A DNA stretch of 31,656 bases from a virus (IMGVR_UViG_3300013004_005122:1-31656); one strand, 5' to 3'; positions 8,554-18,421 are shown, counted from the stretch's first letter. Numbers and translations are program-made. Notes: a model not told the origin generated them from the sequence alone.

Positions 8554-9250
8554 ATTTGTAAAGTTTCTAGATGCGATATCGAAAATCAACGAGTCAGCGA
8601 TAGTAAATGTACAGGCTGGAGAGCCTGGTCAACTATCCTGTCTCGTCTCTTCCGCAGACAATACACTAATATTGTCTGCGGAATTAAATTCGGTAGAAGC
8701 TAATTTTAACGGTACAAATAATATACCTGACATTAAGAAACTTATTCGCGTTATAGATAGCATTTCTGTAAAGGAAATGATATTGAATGTTAATTCAAAT
8801 AACTATGAATATAAAGATAACCGTGTTAAGTTTAAGTATCATTTGTACGAAGACGGGTTGCTTGCAAAGCCTACTATTAATATTGAAAAAGTTAATAGTT
8901 TTAAATATGATATTAGTTTTCAGTTAACAAAAGATATCCTACAATCAATTATTAAAGGTAGTACATTTGCAACTGAGACTAATAAAGTATATCTTTTTAC
9001 AGAAGATGGCTGCTTAAAAGCGGAGTTAACTGATAGAGCTCGACATAATACTGATGCATTATGTTTGGATCTAGGTGAAGTTAATTTTGTACTTAATCCC
9101 TTACCCCTTAATTTGGATAATATTAAACTTTTATCTACTATTGGAAATATTATAGATGTAGGAGTAAATACACAGTATGGTGTTTGCGTGTTTGATATGC
9201 AAGCAAATGACATTAAATTAAAATATATTGTAACCTCACTAACACAATGA
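8513..9250 (+). CDS. DNA polymerase sliding clamp (T4 gp45-like)
   Basis: FLDAISKINESAIV N-terminus, IPDIKKLIRVI, ~245 aa beta-rich, located in the replication block. ATG at 8513. Confidence 0.7.
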   Translation: MADKRELRVLKQPEFVKFLDAISKINESAIVNVQAGEPGQLSCLVSSADNTLILSAELNSVEANFNGTNNIPDIKKLIRVIDSISVKEMILNVNSNNYEYKDNRVKFKYHLYEDGLLAKPTINIEKVNSFKYDISFQLTKDILQSIIKGSTFATETNKVYLFTEDGCLKAELTDRARHNTDALCLDLGEVNFVLNPLPLNLDNIKLLSTIGNIIDVGVNTQYGVCVFDMQANDIKLKYIVTSLTQ

Positions 9251-9561
9251 AGATTGCTAAAAATAAAATTACCACATTATCATATTTCGTAAAACGTTTA
9301 AAAGATTGTAAGTTTAATACATGGAAAATTAATACTAACTATTCTATTGCAGATCCAAGAAAATGGACTATTCTAGTTGATCCGGGTAATTCATCCTTGT
9401 TTATTACTTGCTATGAAAATAAGGACTTTAAAGGTGAAATGATGTTTGAGTTTAATGACGGTGGTAGACTATTTCCACGCAATTACTCGTTAAAAACATC
9501 ATCAATGGAAGTAGTTATTACTAGTTTAATTGAGAGAGGTATTCCGCAACTAGAAGAATGA
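9247..9561 (+). CDS. Hypothetical protein
   Basis: 104 aa, ATGA-coupled to the clamp gene. Confidence 0.7.
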   Translation: MKIAKNKITTLSYFVKRLKDCKFNTWKINTNYSIADPRKWTILVDPGNSSLFITCYENKDFKGEMMFEFNDGGRLFPRNYSLKTSSMEVVITSLIERGIPQLEE

Positions 9562-9562
9562 G

Positions 9563-9835
9563 ATGTTTAGTCGTAAATCTGAAATAGGTCATATTTACGC
9601 AGTTCATAGCGGTACATATGCAGGTGAGATATTAATACTTGTTGAAAAAACAGCACAGTTTTATAATTTTCTTGCAGTACCGACTATGTTAAATCGAAAT
9701 GTACCTAAAGAATCATTTGAATTAGCAAGGAACTCTAATATTATTAAGTACGTCGAGCAAGGTCCAAAAGAAGTTGTAAAGATTTGTAAAGAACAGTATA
9801 GTAAAAATGAAGACACTTATAATGGATATGAATAA
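9563..9835 (+). CDS. Hypothetical protein
   Basis: 90 aa, tightly packed in the operon. Confidence 0.65.
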   Translation: MFSRKSEIGHIYAVHSGTYAGEILILVEKTAQFYNFLAVPTMLNRNVPKESFELARNSNIIKYVEQGPKEVVKICKEQYSKNEDTYNGYE

Positions 9836-10679
9836 TGCGATCCATCGCACATACTGGACGGCTAAAACGATAGTAGGACTTGAAGATCCAGAAAAATTAA
9901 ATAACTTTCATATTTACTTTACACTTAATGCGATTAAAAGTTATGTCAACACTTATAAGCCTGATAAGATCCTCGCCTGCTGGGATGAAAAGCCTGATTA
10001 TCAACGCAATGATCGTAAAGATCTTTTTTCTGATTATAAAGGTAATAGGTCATCTGACACAGCGCCACATCAAAACAACGAAAAGATTAAGGAATTTCTT
10101 TATACCTTAGGTATTCCTTCTATTTTTCCACGGAAGCTAGAAGCTGATGATGTTATTGCATATTTGACCGAGTCTTTAGAGGGATCTAAGGTTATTATCT
10201 CGGTTGATAAAGATTTTTTACAGTTAATTAATAAAAGCGTTATTGTATATGATCCAATTCGTAAAAAAGAGACAAATACGGCTAATTTTGTAGAAAATGT
10301 AGGATGTGAACAGGTTAATTTCATGACTATCAAATGCTTAGTAGGTGATAAATCAGACAATGTACCAGGAATACCTAAATTTGGTAAGGTTAAGGTTAAA
10401 AAGTATCTCGAAGGTACAGTTAAACTCACAGACGAAGAATACTCAATTTTTACACGCAATCTCGAGTTATTTCGCCTAGATAAGTATCGGCAAATAGAAA
10501 ATCGTGATGAGTTGATATACTATCAAAAACAAATGCCAAATGCTATGAGTTGCGAGCCTGATTTTCAGCAATTTATCGACTTATGTAAAGAGCATGATAT
10601 TAACTCTATCTTATCCAAGAAAGAAGACTGGTATAATTTGTTTTTTGTTAAGCATAAGCTATTATCAATGTTTGCATGA
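9807..10679 (+). CDS. rnh: 5'-3' exonuclease / T4 RNase H-like flap nuclease
   Basis: IMDMNN, WDE, RKDLFSDYKGNR, EADDVIA, SVDKDFLQL, GDKSDNVPGI. Confidence 0.92.
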   Translation: MKTLIMDMNNAIHRTYWTAKTIVGLEDPEKLNNFHIYFTLNAIKSYVNTYKPDKILACWDEKPDYQRNDRKDLFSDYKGNRSSDTAPHQNNEKIKEFLYTLGIPSIFPRKLEADDVIAYLTESLEGSKVIISVDKDFLQLINKSVIVYDPIRKKETNTANFVENVGCEQVNFMTIKCLVGDKSDNVPGIPKFGKVKVKKYLEGTVKLTDEEYSIFTRNLELFRLDKYRQIENRDELIYYQKQMPNAMSCEPDFQQFIDLCKEHDINSILSKKEDWYNLFFVKHKLLSMFA

Positions 10680-11737
10680 TTAACTTACCTGAAGAGTATA
10701 TCGTACAGAAATTTTACGAATTAGGATACTACCCTAAAACTAACAAGTATAACAACACATACCAGTGTTCATGTCCTTTGTGTAGGGAAGGAAGCGGGTC
10801 ATCATTTGGTAAAAAGAAACGCTGCTATTACATTCCAAAGAATGACAATATCTTCTGTCATAACTGTGGGTGGTCTGGTAAGCCATATACATGGATCAAA
10901 CAAGTATCCGGTAAGACTGATACGGAGATTATTTCCGAAGTGGAGGAATATACAGGTGAACGTGAGATTTTGCCTAGCTTTGATGAGCCTATTGTTAAAC
11001 CTAAGACAGAGACACTACCAAAAGACTCTATTAACCTGAGTGACCCTTATCAGCTTAAGTTTTACGGTGCGAATCCCATCGTCTCCGCGTGTTTAAACTT
11101 AATTCACAGTAGACGTCTAGATACAGCGGTAAACCGCCCTGACAATCTTTATCTTTCATTAACAGATCCTGTTCATAAGAATAGACTAGTGTTGCCGTTT
11201 AAGAACGAACATGGTAATATTGAGTTCTATCAGTCTAGAACAATATTACCAGCTGATAATAAGACAAGACCGAAATATGTATCGAGAATTAATGCTGAAA
11301 AAACATTATTTAATATAGACAAAGTTACTAATGATATATCGAGTGTCTTTATATTTGAAGGGCCAATAAATGCATTTTTTACTAAAAATAGTGTAGCTGT
11401 CGCGGGTATTACAGAGAGGGGTAATGCAACATTTACTGAAAGGCAACAAAAACAGGTAGATACAACACTAAAATGGTTAGATCGTATTTGGGTACTTGAT
11501 AGTCAGTGGATTGACAATGCATCTCTAAAGAAATCAGAGACATTATTACTAAATGGTGAGAAAGTCTTTATATGGCCTGAAAAGTTTGGTACACGATTTA
11601 AAGATTTTAACGATATCGCCATGCATTGTAAGATAGATGAGATATCAGCAGAATTTATACAAAAAAATACCCACGAATCACTCGAGGGTATTATTAAGCT
11701 TTCAGAGATTAAAAAGTTTAGACTCCTCTGTAGCTAG
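10676..11737 (+). CDS. DNA primase (T4 gp61-like)
   Basis: Zn ribbon CPLC...CHNCG, YQSR, KY, TOPRIM FEGPINA, WVLD, KDFND. Confidence 0.88.
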   Translation: MINLPEEYIVQKFYELGYYPKTNKYNNTYQCSCPLCREGSGSSFGKKKRCYYIPKNDNIFCHNCGWSGKPYTWIKQVSGKTDTEIISEVEEYTGEREILPSFDEPIVKPKTETLPKDSINLSDPYQLKFYGANPIVSACLNLIHSRRLDTAVNRPDNLYLSLTDPVHKNRLVLPFKNEHGNIEFYQSRTILPADNKTRPKYVSRINAEKTLFNIDKVTNDISSVFIFEGPINAFFTKNSVAVAGITERGNATFTERQQKQVDTTLKWLDRIWVLDSQWIDNASLKKSETLLLNGEKVFIWPEKFGTRFKDFNDIAMHCKIDEISAEFIQKNTHESLEGIIKLSEIKKFRLLCS

Positions 11738-12152
11738 CCTTATTTTCTGTAGTAATTACAGAATTAAATTTTTGAATAAGAGCTGCAATTTCAGTTGCAG
11801 CACGCGTAATTCTACTTTGTTGATCTTCTAAATCCTTAAGAATAGTATCTTCATCAGCTCCTGCAATAGCTGACTGAACTGAATCACCGGTACCGTTAAG
11901 AAACTCATTAAATTCTGTTAAGCGCTGTGACCAGCCATTAATTTTTTCTACATACTGAGCATGTACACGAGCAGTGGCTTCTACAGCCGCAGCTGTATGT
12001 TGAGCTACTTCACTATTAGCACCTTTACCACCGGAAGGATCAACATCAAACTTACCAGGATCTGTACCTTGATCAAGCGATTGCTCCATTGCTTGTCTGT
12101 CTTCGTCCTGTTCATGTAAGGCTCTAAAAAATCTACTTTCAAACTTAGTCAT
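11718..12152 (-). CDS. Hypothetical late protein (coiled-coil)
   Basis: 144 aa with a TATAAATA box 5 nt upstream. Confidence 0.7.
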   Translation of the reverse strand: MTKFESRFFRALHEQDEDRQAMEQSLDQGTDPGKFDVDPSGGKGANSEVAQHTAAAVEATARVHAQYVEKINGWSQRLTEFNEFLNGTGDSVQSAIAGADEDTILKDLEDQQSRITRAATEIAALIQKFNSVITTENKASYRGV

Positions 12153-12157
12153 ATAAT

Positions 12158-12165
12158 TATTTATA
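12158..12165 (-). promoter_or_regulatory. T4-type late promoter TATAAATA
   Basis: tatttata, 5 nt before the ATG at 12152. Confidence 0.75.
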
Positions 12166-12171
12166 CCAAAG

Positions 12172-12179
12172 CATAAATA
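12172..12179 (+). promoter_or_regulatory. Late promoter variant CATAAATA
   Basis: 6 nt before the ATG at 12186, back-to-back with the - strand box. Confidence 0.6.
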
Positions 12180-12185
12180 AATACA

Positions 12186-12512
12186 ATGCCAGTTGCAACA
12201 AATCCATACAATATAGGAGTCGCATCAAAGCCTATAGCAGACTTTGATGTATCTGCTCAGATTAAAAAATATGAAGATGAAGCTGCAACACATGAAGCTC
12301 CACAAGTTCTTCCGTTTAATTTTAATTCAGCAAACGAGTTAATTAGTAAACTATATCTTGATCTTCTTGAACTGAGAGCAATGTTTATTACTGCAGAAAG
12401 CAACTCACAAGTGAAGGCTAAAAATCTAGAACCTATATATAAGGTTATTGACAATATAGGTACAGAAATCACACAAAATATTCCTGAATTGCTTGATAAG
12501 TTAGCATTATAA
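12186..12512 (+). CDS. Hypothetical protein
   Basis: 108-aa helical ORF with a late-type box. Confidence 0.7.
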   Translation: MPVATNPYNIGVASKPIADFDVSAQIKKYEDEAATHEAPQVLPFNFNSANELISKLYLDLLELRAMFITAESNSQVKAKNLEPIYKVIDNIGTEITQNIPELLDKLAL

Positions 12513-12520
12513 GTTATAAT
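12493..12520 (+). promoter_or_regulatory. Candidate sigma70-like promoter TTGATA-N16-TATAAT
   Basis: Ends 5 nt before the ATG at 12526. Confidence 0.55.
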
Positions 12521-12525
12521 TACTT

Positions 12526-12945
12526 ATGATTAAAAAAATCGGAATATCACTCATACTTACTAGTTTAATAAGTCTTGGTATTGGGTTTATACTGCAAAGT
12601 TTTATAGGGTTTTGGCAAGGTGTTACAGCAGCCTTTATTATTCATTTTTTAATTTTTTATCTTTTTAACCCTAATAAAAAGAGTCAAATCTTTTTAGAAA
12701 GTGAACAGTCTGCATTCAACCACCTTCTTCAGACACAAACAGTAGAGATAAACTGCCCTTGTGGGCAAAATCCAACCAAAGCACCTATACTACTTAACGA
12801 AGATAATATTTTTATCTGCGAAAAATGCGCAAGTAAGTATCGAGTTAATGCCACTTTTGAATCTGTTTTATTAACTGAACCACTTAACATTGAGAATGCA
12901 TTTAATGCTTTAAAGAAAAGGGAACTTCCTTATACTAGTGTATAA
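12526..12945 (+). CDS. Membrane protein with two N-terminal hydrophobic helices and a Zn-ribbon-like domain
   Basis: Hydrophobic residues ~5-46, then CPCG...CEKC. Confidence 0.7.
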   Translation: MIKKIGISLILTSLISLGIGFILQSFIGFWQGVTAAFIIHFLIFYLFNPNKKSQIFLESEQSAFNHLLQTQTVEINCPCGQNPTKAPILLNEDNIFICEKCASKYRVNATFESVLLTEPLNIENAFNALKKRELPYTSV

Positions 12946-13187
12946 TGAGAACGTTTAACTTTAAACTTAAAACCGGTAAAGAAATTAATATGGATATCGA
13001 TGAGCTGACGCGTTGGGCGTGTTTGCTTGAAGGTATTGAGCAGGTATCAAATAAATGTGATGAGCTTGGCTATGGTAAGGATAACAATGAATGGATCAAA
13101 CCTCTTGCATTTCAGAAATATATTGATGAACGCTTTCACTCTATGAAGCATGATCTTACCGTTGAAGCGATGATGGGTAATATTTAA
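12945..13187 (+). CDS. Hypothetical protein
   Basis: 80 aa, TAATG-coupled to the previous gene. Confidence 0.7.
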   Translation: MRTFNFKLKTGKEINMDIDELTRWACLLEGIEQVSNKCDELGYGKDNNEWIKPLAFQKYIDERFHSMKHDLTVEAMMGNI

Positions 13188-13324
13188 TTAGCTATAAAGC
13201 AATGATAATTGTCATCTAGGAGTATCCATGGCTGAGTTCAATAGCTAGAGACATGAGAGACGGTCATCAGGTGTGACTTTTTATTATTGGTATTCAGGAC
13301 GCGTAATAGTGGGTGGTTTTGAAA

Positions 13325-13729
13325 TTAAGGAAACGGAGTGAGGGAGACGATCATACGATAATTCTGCTGATATACATCATCATACGTTCCAGCTGGGTTT
13401 GTTGCATCTTCACTACCTACACCCGGACCGTAGTAGAAAAGCCATCCGGGTGTATAGACATGCACATATTCCCCTAATTCTTCATCATAATATGTTTCCA
13501 CGTAGGTCGCGTTAAGATACCATGCCAGCCAGAATGTCTCGTCGTAAGTGCCGTTGAAGAAGCTACCTTCGTAATAATCGTTCGTAGCTGCGCCAATCAT
13601 CCCACCAAACGGGCCGTTGACGACCCACGTCATCGTAAAGTCTGTCTCCGGACCATCAGGATATTGATAGTGTCTGACATAGATTGTTTCAGGGAGACTG
13701 CCAACTGTTGGTGTTGGTGTAGGAGTTAC
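13325..13729 (-). other. In-frame spare C-terminal module behind the stop of the Pro/Thr fibre gene
   Basis: The frame continues after TAA (13730-13732) as [32 protein letters not shown] and joins the 13325..13633 ORF. Confidence 0.8.
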
Positions 13730-13756
13730 TTATGTTGGTGTTGGTGTAGGAGTTAC
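13706..13756. repeat. Perfect 24-bp direct repeat pair separated only by the stop codon
   Basis: tgttggtgttggtgtaggagttac at 13706-13729 and at 13733-13756, with tta between them. Confidence 0.95.
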
Positions 13757-16700
13757 CGGTGTAGGAGTTACTGTTGGTGTAGGTGTTGGTGTTGGGCATG
13801 CGCCGCTGGTGACAGTGGCGTAGTAAGGCGGAAACGCGCCAGGAATATAATAACCATCAGGTGAAGAGCCGTCGTTGTAGTAATAGCTGGATACATAATT
13901 AGGATCGTCCAGCTCCCAATATGATGTATAGATGTTATAGTCGAGTGTGAACGTGCCTCCAGGACCTGTGCCGGTGTATCCGATGACAACATTCCCAGAC
14001 ATGTTGAATTGCGTCTCCGTGGTAACATATGGGTCATACGTTGCCTGAGTGTACTCGACGCAGATGGTTTCGATACCTAATCCAGTAGGTGTTACTGTTG
14101 GTGTTACAGTAGGTGTTACTGTAGGTGTAGGAGTATTAGTAGGAGTTATTGTTGGTGTTATTGTTGGTGTAGGTGTATTAGTAGGAGTATTAGTAGGAGT
14201 ATTAGTAGGAGTTATTGTTGGTGTTATTGTTGGTGTAGGTGTATTAGTAGGAGTATTAGTAGGAGTATTAGTAGGAGTATTAGTAGGAGTTATTGTTGGT
14301 GTTATTGTTGGTGTAGGAGTATTAGTAGGAGTATTAGTAGGAGTTATTGTTGGTGTTATTGTTGGTGTTATTGTTGGTGTAGGAGTATTAGTAGGAGTTA
14401 TTGTTGGTGTTATTGTTGGTGTAGGAGTATTAGTAGGAGTATTAGTAGGAGTTATTGTTGGTGTTATTGTTGGTGTTACTGTAGGTGTAGGAGTATTAGT
14501 AGGTGTATTAGTAGGAGTTATTGTTGGTGTTACAGTAGGTGTTACTGTAGGTGTTACTGTATTAGTAGGAGTATTAGTAGGAGTCACTGTAGGCGTTACT
14601 GTAGGCGTTACTGTAGGTGTATTAGTAGGTGTTACTGTTGGTGTAAGTGTAATAGTAGGTGTTATTGTTGGGGTAGGTGTCGGTGATAGGAAGAGGGTAG
14701 GCGTTACTGTTGGTGTAAGTGTAATAGTAGGTGTTACTGTAGGTGTAGGAGTATTAGTAGGGGTTACTGTAGGCGTTACTGTAGGGGTTACTGTAGGGGT
14801 TACTGTTGGTGTTACTGTATTAGTAGGAGTATTAGTAGGAGTTACTGTAGGCGTTACTGTAGGGGTTACTGTTGGTGTAGGTGTATTAGTAGGTGTATTA
14901 GTAGGAGTTATTGTTGGTGTTACTGTAGGTGTTACTGTAGGTGTTACTGTAGGTGTTACTGTATTAGTAGGAGTATTAGTAGGAGTATTAGTAGGAGTAT
15001 TAGTAGGAGTTATTGTTGGTGTTACTGTATTAGTAGGTGTATTAGTCGGAGTTATTGTTGGTGTTATTGTTGGTGTTATTGTTGGTGTAGGTGTATTAGT
15101 AGGAGTTATTGTTGGTGTTATAGTAGGCGTTACTGTAGGTGTTACTGTAGGTGTTACTGTTGGTGTAGGTGTATTAGTAGGTGTATTAGTAGGAGTTACT
15201 GTAGGCGTTACTGTTGGTGTAGGTGTATTAGTAGGTGTATTAGTAGGAGTTACTGTAGGCGTTACTGTTGGTGTAGGTGTATTAGTAGGCGTTACTGTTG
15301 GTGTAGGTGTATTAGTAGGCGTTACAGTTGGTGTAGTTGTATTAGTAGGAGTTATTGTTGGTGTTACTGTATTAGTAGGAGTTACTGTTGGTGTTACTGT
15401 TGGAGTAGGGGTATTAGTAGGAGTTACTGTTGGTGTAGGAGTTATTGTTGGTGTAGGTGTGGGTGTAGGAGTACACAGGTTAAGTGCGTAAGCTGTTTCG
15501 ATAGCAATATTAGTTACCTTACTAGAAGTTATTTTGTGTGTAGCTTGAGCTTGAATAGTGATTACCTCATTAGGTATACAATTTACATACAATGTAAAGT
15601 CTTTAGTTTCGCCAGGCTGTATTACAGTTGTTCCTTCAGAATTAGAAGAATTACTCATTACACTAACAACTAAATCATATTCTCCAGGGTAACCTATTTC
15701 TGACATTGTTACACTGAACATAACTCTTGTATCATACGGTTCACCTGTTGCAGGATCATAACAATCTTCAGATGGGTAACCGTCAGTATTGCTTATATCT
15801 ACGCTACTAATAGTGAGAGTAGGCGGTGGCTCCGACGATGTTGTATCACACTCTCCCCATGTATAGCTATAGCCGAGTGTTATATTATTAAGAGAAGTGT
15901 TGCTAGGTAACGTGGAGGGACACACAACTATACTATTATATACAGTAAGTGGAAAGACAAACCGTGTAGCGTTAAACTTATTGGTTCGTTGTGTTATATC
16001 TCCATCTTTTACAATTAAGGCTGTTTTTATATTACTATGAACTTCACTATTAGGTTCGCAAGCTATCCCACTATAGCAAGTATTCACTGTATATCTGCGT
16101 AATATATTATCTATAGAACTACTTACTTCATTTGGTGTATATGTAGAAAATGTTGATGTATCAATACCCCAATCAAAAAACACAGGATAGTCATCACCCA
16201 TATTAGGTAGACGATTAAGAAAACTTCCGTCAGAATTATATATATTGCCTAGTAAAAAAAGCATATTATTATTATAATATAAACTATCGTAGGGTATATT
16301 ATATGTTGTAGATATAATAGGTATTGTATATATATAACCTAAACTATTACCTGTTACAGGTAAATTACCTGTAAAATAAGATGACCAGTTAACTGTCAGT
16401 TTATATTCAAAGTTAATTATTTGACCTGCGCATAAGCTATATGTTGAAGTGAGAGTATTTCGAGCAAAACTATTAATTTCAGTCCGCTTAATAGCGAATT
16501 CATTTATCGTAATATTATCTAGAGCTTTACCAGAAGAAAAAGATGCAATATAGACTTTACTTGAAATCGTATCTTGATACGATTCGACAATATCTCTATA
16601 TATGTTTTTAAATTCCGTTTCAGCTATTACACCTGAAAGTCCGTAGCCTGATACACCGGGCAGACTACTACTCGACCCTATATCTAAATAACTAATAATG

Positions 16701-16855
16701 TTAGGTATGTCGTAATAGTGAAGATCTACTAAACCACACGATAAAATAGTATTATTACACCAAGGTGACGTATATACAATAGTATCATTATCCTTTACGG
16801 AGAATCTATATTGACCCTTAAGTTTAATATCAACATTTATATTATCATGTATCAT
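13730..16855 (-). CDS. Putative tail fibre/appendage protein with a long Pro/Thr stalk and Tyr-rich tip domain
   Basis: The N-terminal domain has a tail-fibre-anchor-like pattern (NTIL..GL...IG....P...L...INEFAI...FAR...FEYKLTV). It is followed by an Ig-like beta segment, a PT(N/V/I)T tract and a ~95-aa tip. Confidence 0.7.
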   Translation of the reverse strand: MIHDNINVDIKLKGQYRFSVKDNDTIVYTSPWCNNTILSCGLVDLHYYDIPNIISYLDIGSSSSLPGVSGYGLSGVIAETEFKNIYRDIVESYQDTISSKVYIASFSSGKALDNITINEFAIKRTEINSFARNTLTSTYSLCAGQIINFEYKLTVNWSSYFTGNLPVTGNSLGYIYTIPIISTTYNIPYDSLYYNNNMLFLLGNIYNSDGSFLNRLPNMGDDYPVFFDWGIDTSTFSTYTPNEVSSSIDNILRRYTVNTCYSGIACEPNSEVHSNIKTALIVKDGDITQRTNKFNATRFVFPLTVYNSIVVCPSTLPSNTSLNNITLGYSYTWGECDTTSSEPPPTLTISSVDISNTDGYPSEDCYDPATGEPYDTRVMFSVTMSEIGYPGEYDLVVSVMSNSSNSEGTTVIQPGETKDFTLYVNCIPNEVITIQAQATHKITSSKVTNIAIETAYALNLCTPTPTPTPTITPTPTVTPTNTPTPTVTPTVTPTNTVTPTITPTNTTTPTVTPTNTPTPTVTPTNTPTPTVTPTVTPTNTPTNTPTPTVTPTVTPTNTPTNTPTPTVTPTVTPTVTPTITPTITPTNTPTPTITPTITPTITPTNTPTNTVTPTITPTNTPTNTPTNTPTNTVTPTVTPTVTPTVTPTITPTNTPTNTPTPTVTPTVTPTVTPTNTPTNTVTPTVTPTVTPTVTPTVTPTNTPTPTVTPTITLTPTVTPTLFLSPTPTPTITPTITLTPTVTPTNTPTVTPTVTPTVTPTNTPTNTVTPTVTPTVTPTITPTNTPTNTPTPTVTPTITPTITPTNTPTNTPTPTITPTITPTNTPTPTITPTITPTITPTNTPTNTPTPTITPTITPTNTPTNTPTNTPTNTPTPTITPTITPTNTPTNTPTNTPTPTITPTITPTNTPTPTVTPTVTPTVTPTGLGIETICVEYTQATYDPYVTTETQFNMSGNVVIGYTGTGPGGTFTLDYNIYTSYWELDDPNYVSSYYYNDGSSPDGYYIPGAFPPYYATVTSGACPTPTPTPTVTPTPVTPTPTPT
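14084..15472 (-). repeat. Coding minisatellite, mostly 12-bp units encoding [12 protein letters not shown]
   Basis: About 463 codons built from units such as gtaggagtatta, gttggtgttatt and gtaggtgttact. Confidence 0.95.
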
Positions 16856-18024
16856 ATATATTTTGCAGAAATGGTTGTACTATATGCACCAATCGGTACA
16901 AAGCTAGTATTATTTAAAAATAATGATGTTGCAGATGATAATTTCCAGTACTCACAAAACATATCTTTATATATTCTATACTTACTGTCAGAAGATACAT
17001 AATTAAATATATCCTTACGAGTTAAATTCACATTTATTGCACTAGTACCATCAAATACGCTCAATCTATATCCAAAGTTGTATCTATCTTCTGTAATACC
17101 TGTAAGACTATCAACCGAAGTTATTCTTGCATAAGTTATTGTGTGTGTGGGGCATATACTGTATACAGCATTATTATCTACAATAGGTATTACAAATTCC
17201 TCCAATGGAGGTATAGGTGGTCGCGAAGGAGGAATTGTTGGAATTATAGGTCTGACAGGTAAGATTTTTACCCCACTCAAAGTAGTATTTACTATTGTTG
17301 TTACCTCACCAGATAAAAAATTACCCTCTGTATGGAAATTTCTAAAATATATAGTACCTATTTTATTAGGATCGTTACTACTTATAGGTGTCGCAAAAGA
17401 TGCTCCAACTTTATACATAGTATTACTTGTAATATCTAAATTTACATCTTTTACTAGTAGGGATTTAAAATCATCGTCAGGAGTACTCCTATAATCAACA
17501 TACAATGTTCTACCAACATTACCTAGTCTTGCACGAATCGTTTTATAATTTAGCTCACCATCAACAATCTTAAAAGAACTATCTAAGCTTGAAAGAGCAA
17601 CATTGTAATTATTTGTATTATAACTATAAGCTGGCCACTTATCACGAATACTAACACTATTAAGAATTCTAGCTGACTCATCAATACCATCGCGGATTAC
17701 TCTTGTTCCAGAAAGCGCTGATACAGCAAATAATCCCGTGGTATCAAATCCTACAGCAATTATACCTCCACTTACCCCTGGGGTTAAAGAGCTTGATTGA
17801 TCACTATTAGAAGAAAGGCCTGAATAACCGAGATCAATATTAAAATTACCGCCAGATAATATATAGTTATTATCCATTATAAATACAGTAAACCCAGCTT
17901 CAGTATTATTGTTACCGCTTATAGCATAATCAAAAGACCATACAATATCATAATAGGGGGAATACCCGTAGTTAGATGCTATATTGAATGCTTTTGTATT
18001 AACCGTAAACGTAGGGTATACCAT
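16852..18024 (-). CDS. L-type lectin-like virion protein with Pro-rich linker and small C-terminal module
   Basis: WSFDY...AGFTVFI...GG...LGYSG...IAVGFDTTG legume-lectin pattern, then linker [15 protein letters not shown]. Confidence 0.7.
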   Translation of the reverse strand: MVYPTFTVNTKAFNIASNYGYSPYYDIVWSFDYAISGNNNTEAGFTVFIMDNNYILSGGNFNIDLGYSGLSSNSDQSSSLTPGVSGGIIAVGFDTTGLFAVSALSGTRVIRDGIDESARILNSVSIRDKWPAYSYNTNNYNVALSSLDSSFKIVDGELNYKTIRARLGNVGRTLYVDYRSTPDDDFKSLLVKDVNLDITSNTMYKVGASFATPISSNDPNKIGTIYFRNFHTEGNFLSGEVTTIVNTTLSGVKILPVRPIIPTIPPSRPPIPPLEEFVIPIVDNNAVYSICPTHTITYARITSVDSLTGITEDRYNFGYRLSVFDGTSAINVNLTRKDIFNYVSSDSKYRIYKDMFCEYWKLSSATSLFLNNTSFVPIGAYSTTISAKYI

Positions 18025-18030
18025 ATAGTT

Positions 18031-18038
18031 TATTTATA
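18031..18038 (-). promoter_or_regulatory. T4-type late promoter TATAAATA
   Basis: 6 nt before the ATG at 18024. Confidence 0.75.
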
Positions 18039-18251
18039 TCAAGAGTCCTTGGTAAAGACACAAGTCATAGAATCTTTAGATTTAAATCGCGTGACATGCT
18101 TTACAGAATAACCTAACCGCTTATATTCACGATATAATATATCAAAATATTCCATTTCAAAATTAATAATTACACTATTACGCGAATCATCGATTAGTAT
18201 ATAGTCTGAAAATTCTTCCCCAAGCGCTAATACTCTGTCTGGAATAGCCAC
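18039..18251 (-). CDS. Small hypothetical protein
   Basis: 70 aa, GTG start with a TAAATA box 5 nt upstream. Confidence 0.65.
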   Translation of the reverse strand: MAIPDRVLALGEEFSDYILIDDSRNSVIINFEMEYFDILYREYKRLGYSVKHVTRFKSKDSMTCVFTKDS

Positions 18252-18256
18252 ATAAC

Positions 18257-18264
18257 TATTTAAT
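18257..18264 (-). promoter_or_regulatory. Late promoter variant ATTAAATA
   Basis: 5 nt before the GTG at 18251. Confidence 0.55.
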
Positions 18265-18421
18265 CATTAAAATAATTTAATATCTGTGTTAACTTATCAT
18301 TTAATTCCTTCACGCGTATAACCTTATTATAATCCTTTACAGAAAGTTTATAAGACTCTACAATTTCTTTAAGAAGTTTAATATCTTCCTCGATCAATCC
18401 TTCGATAATTAATTCATTCAT
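18260..18421 (-). CDS. Small hypothetical protein (53 aa, absent from the ORF track)
   Basis: MNELIIEGLIEEDIKLLKEIVESYKLSVKDYNKVIRVKELNDKLTQILNYFND*. Starts 3 nt after the upstream stop and fills the gap. Confidence 0.6.
   Translation of the reverse strand: MNELIIEGLIEEDIKLLKEIVESYKLSVKDYNKVIRVKELNDKLTQILNYFND

Noticed and set aside
13188-13324. Possible tRNA, ncRNA or further hidden module in the convergent intergenic gap
   Set aside because: No cloverleaf, strong stem or long open frame is visible by eye.
13325-14080. Diversity-generating retroelement template/variable repeat pair
   Set aside because: The two modules are not near-identical with adenine-only differences, and no reverse transcriptase is in the window. 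A remote template cannot be excluded.
14084-15472. CRISPR array or telomere-like repeat
   Set aside because: There are no unique spacers; the units are in-frame 6/12-bp coding repeats.
14049-15491. 480-aa Val/Gly-rich ORF on the + strand
   Set aside because: It is the antisense shadow of the Pro/Thr repeat, which lacks stops in that frame.
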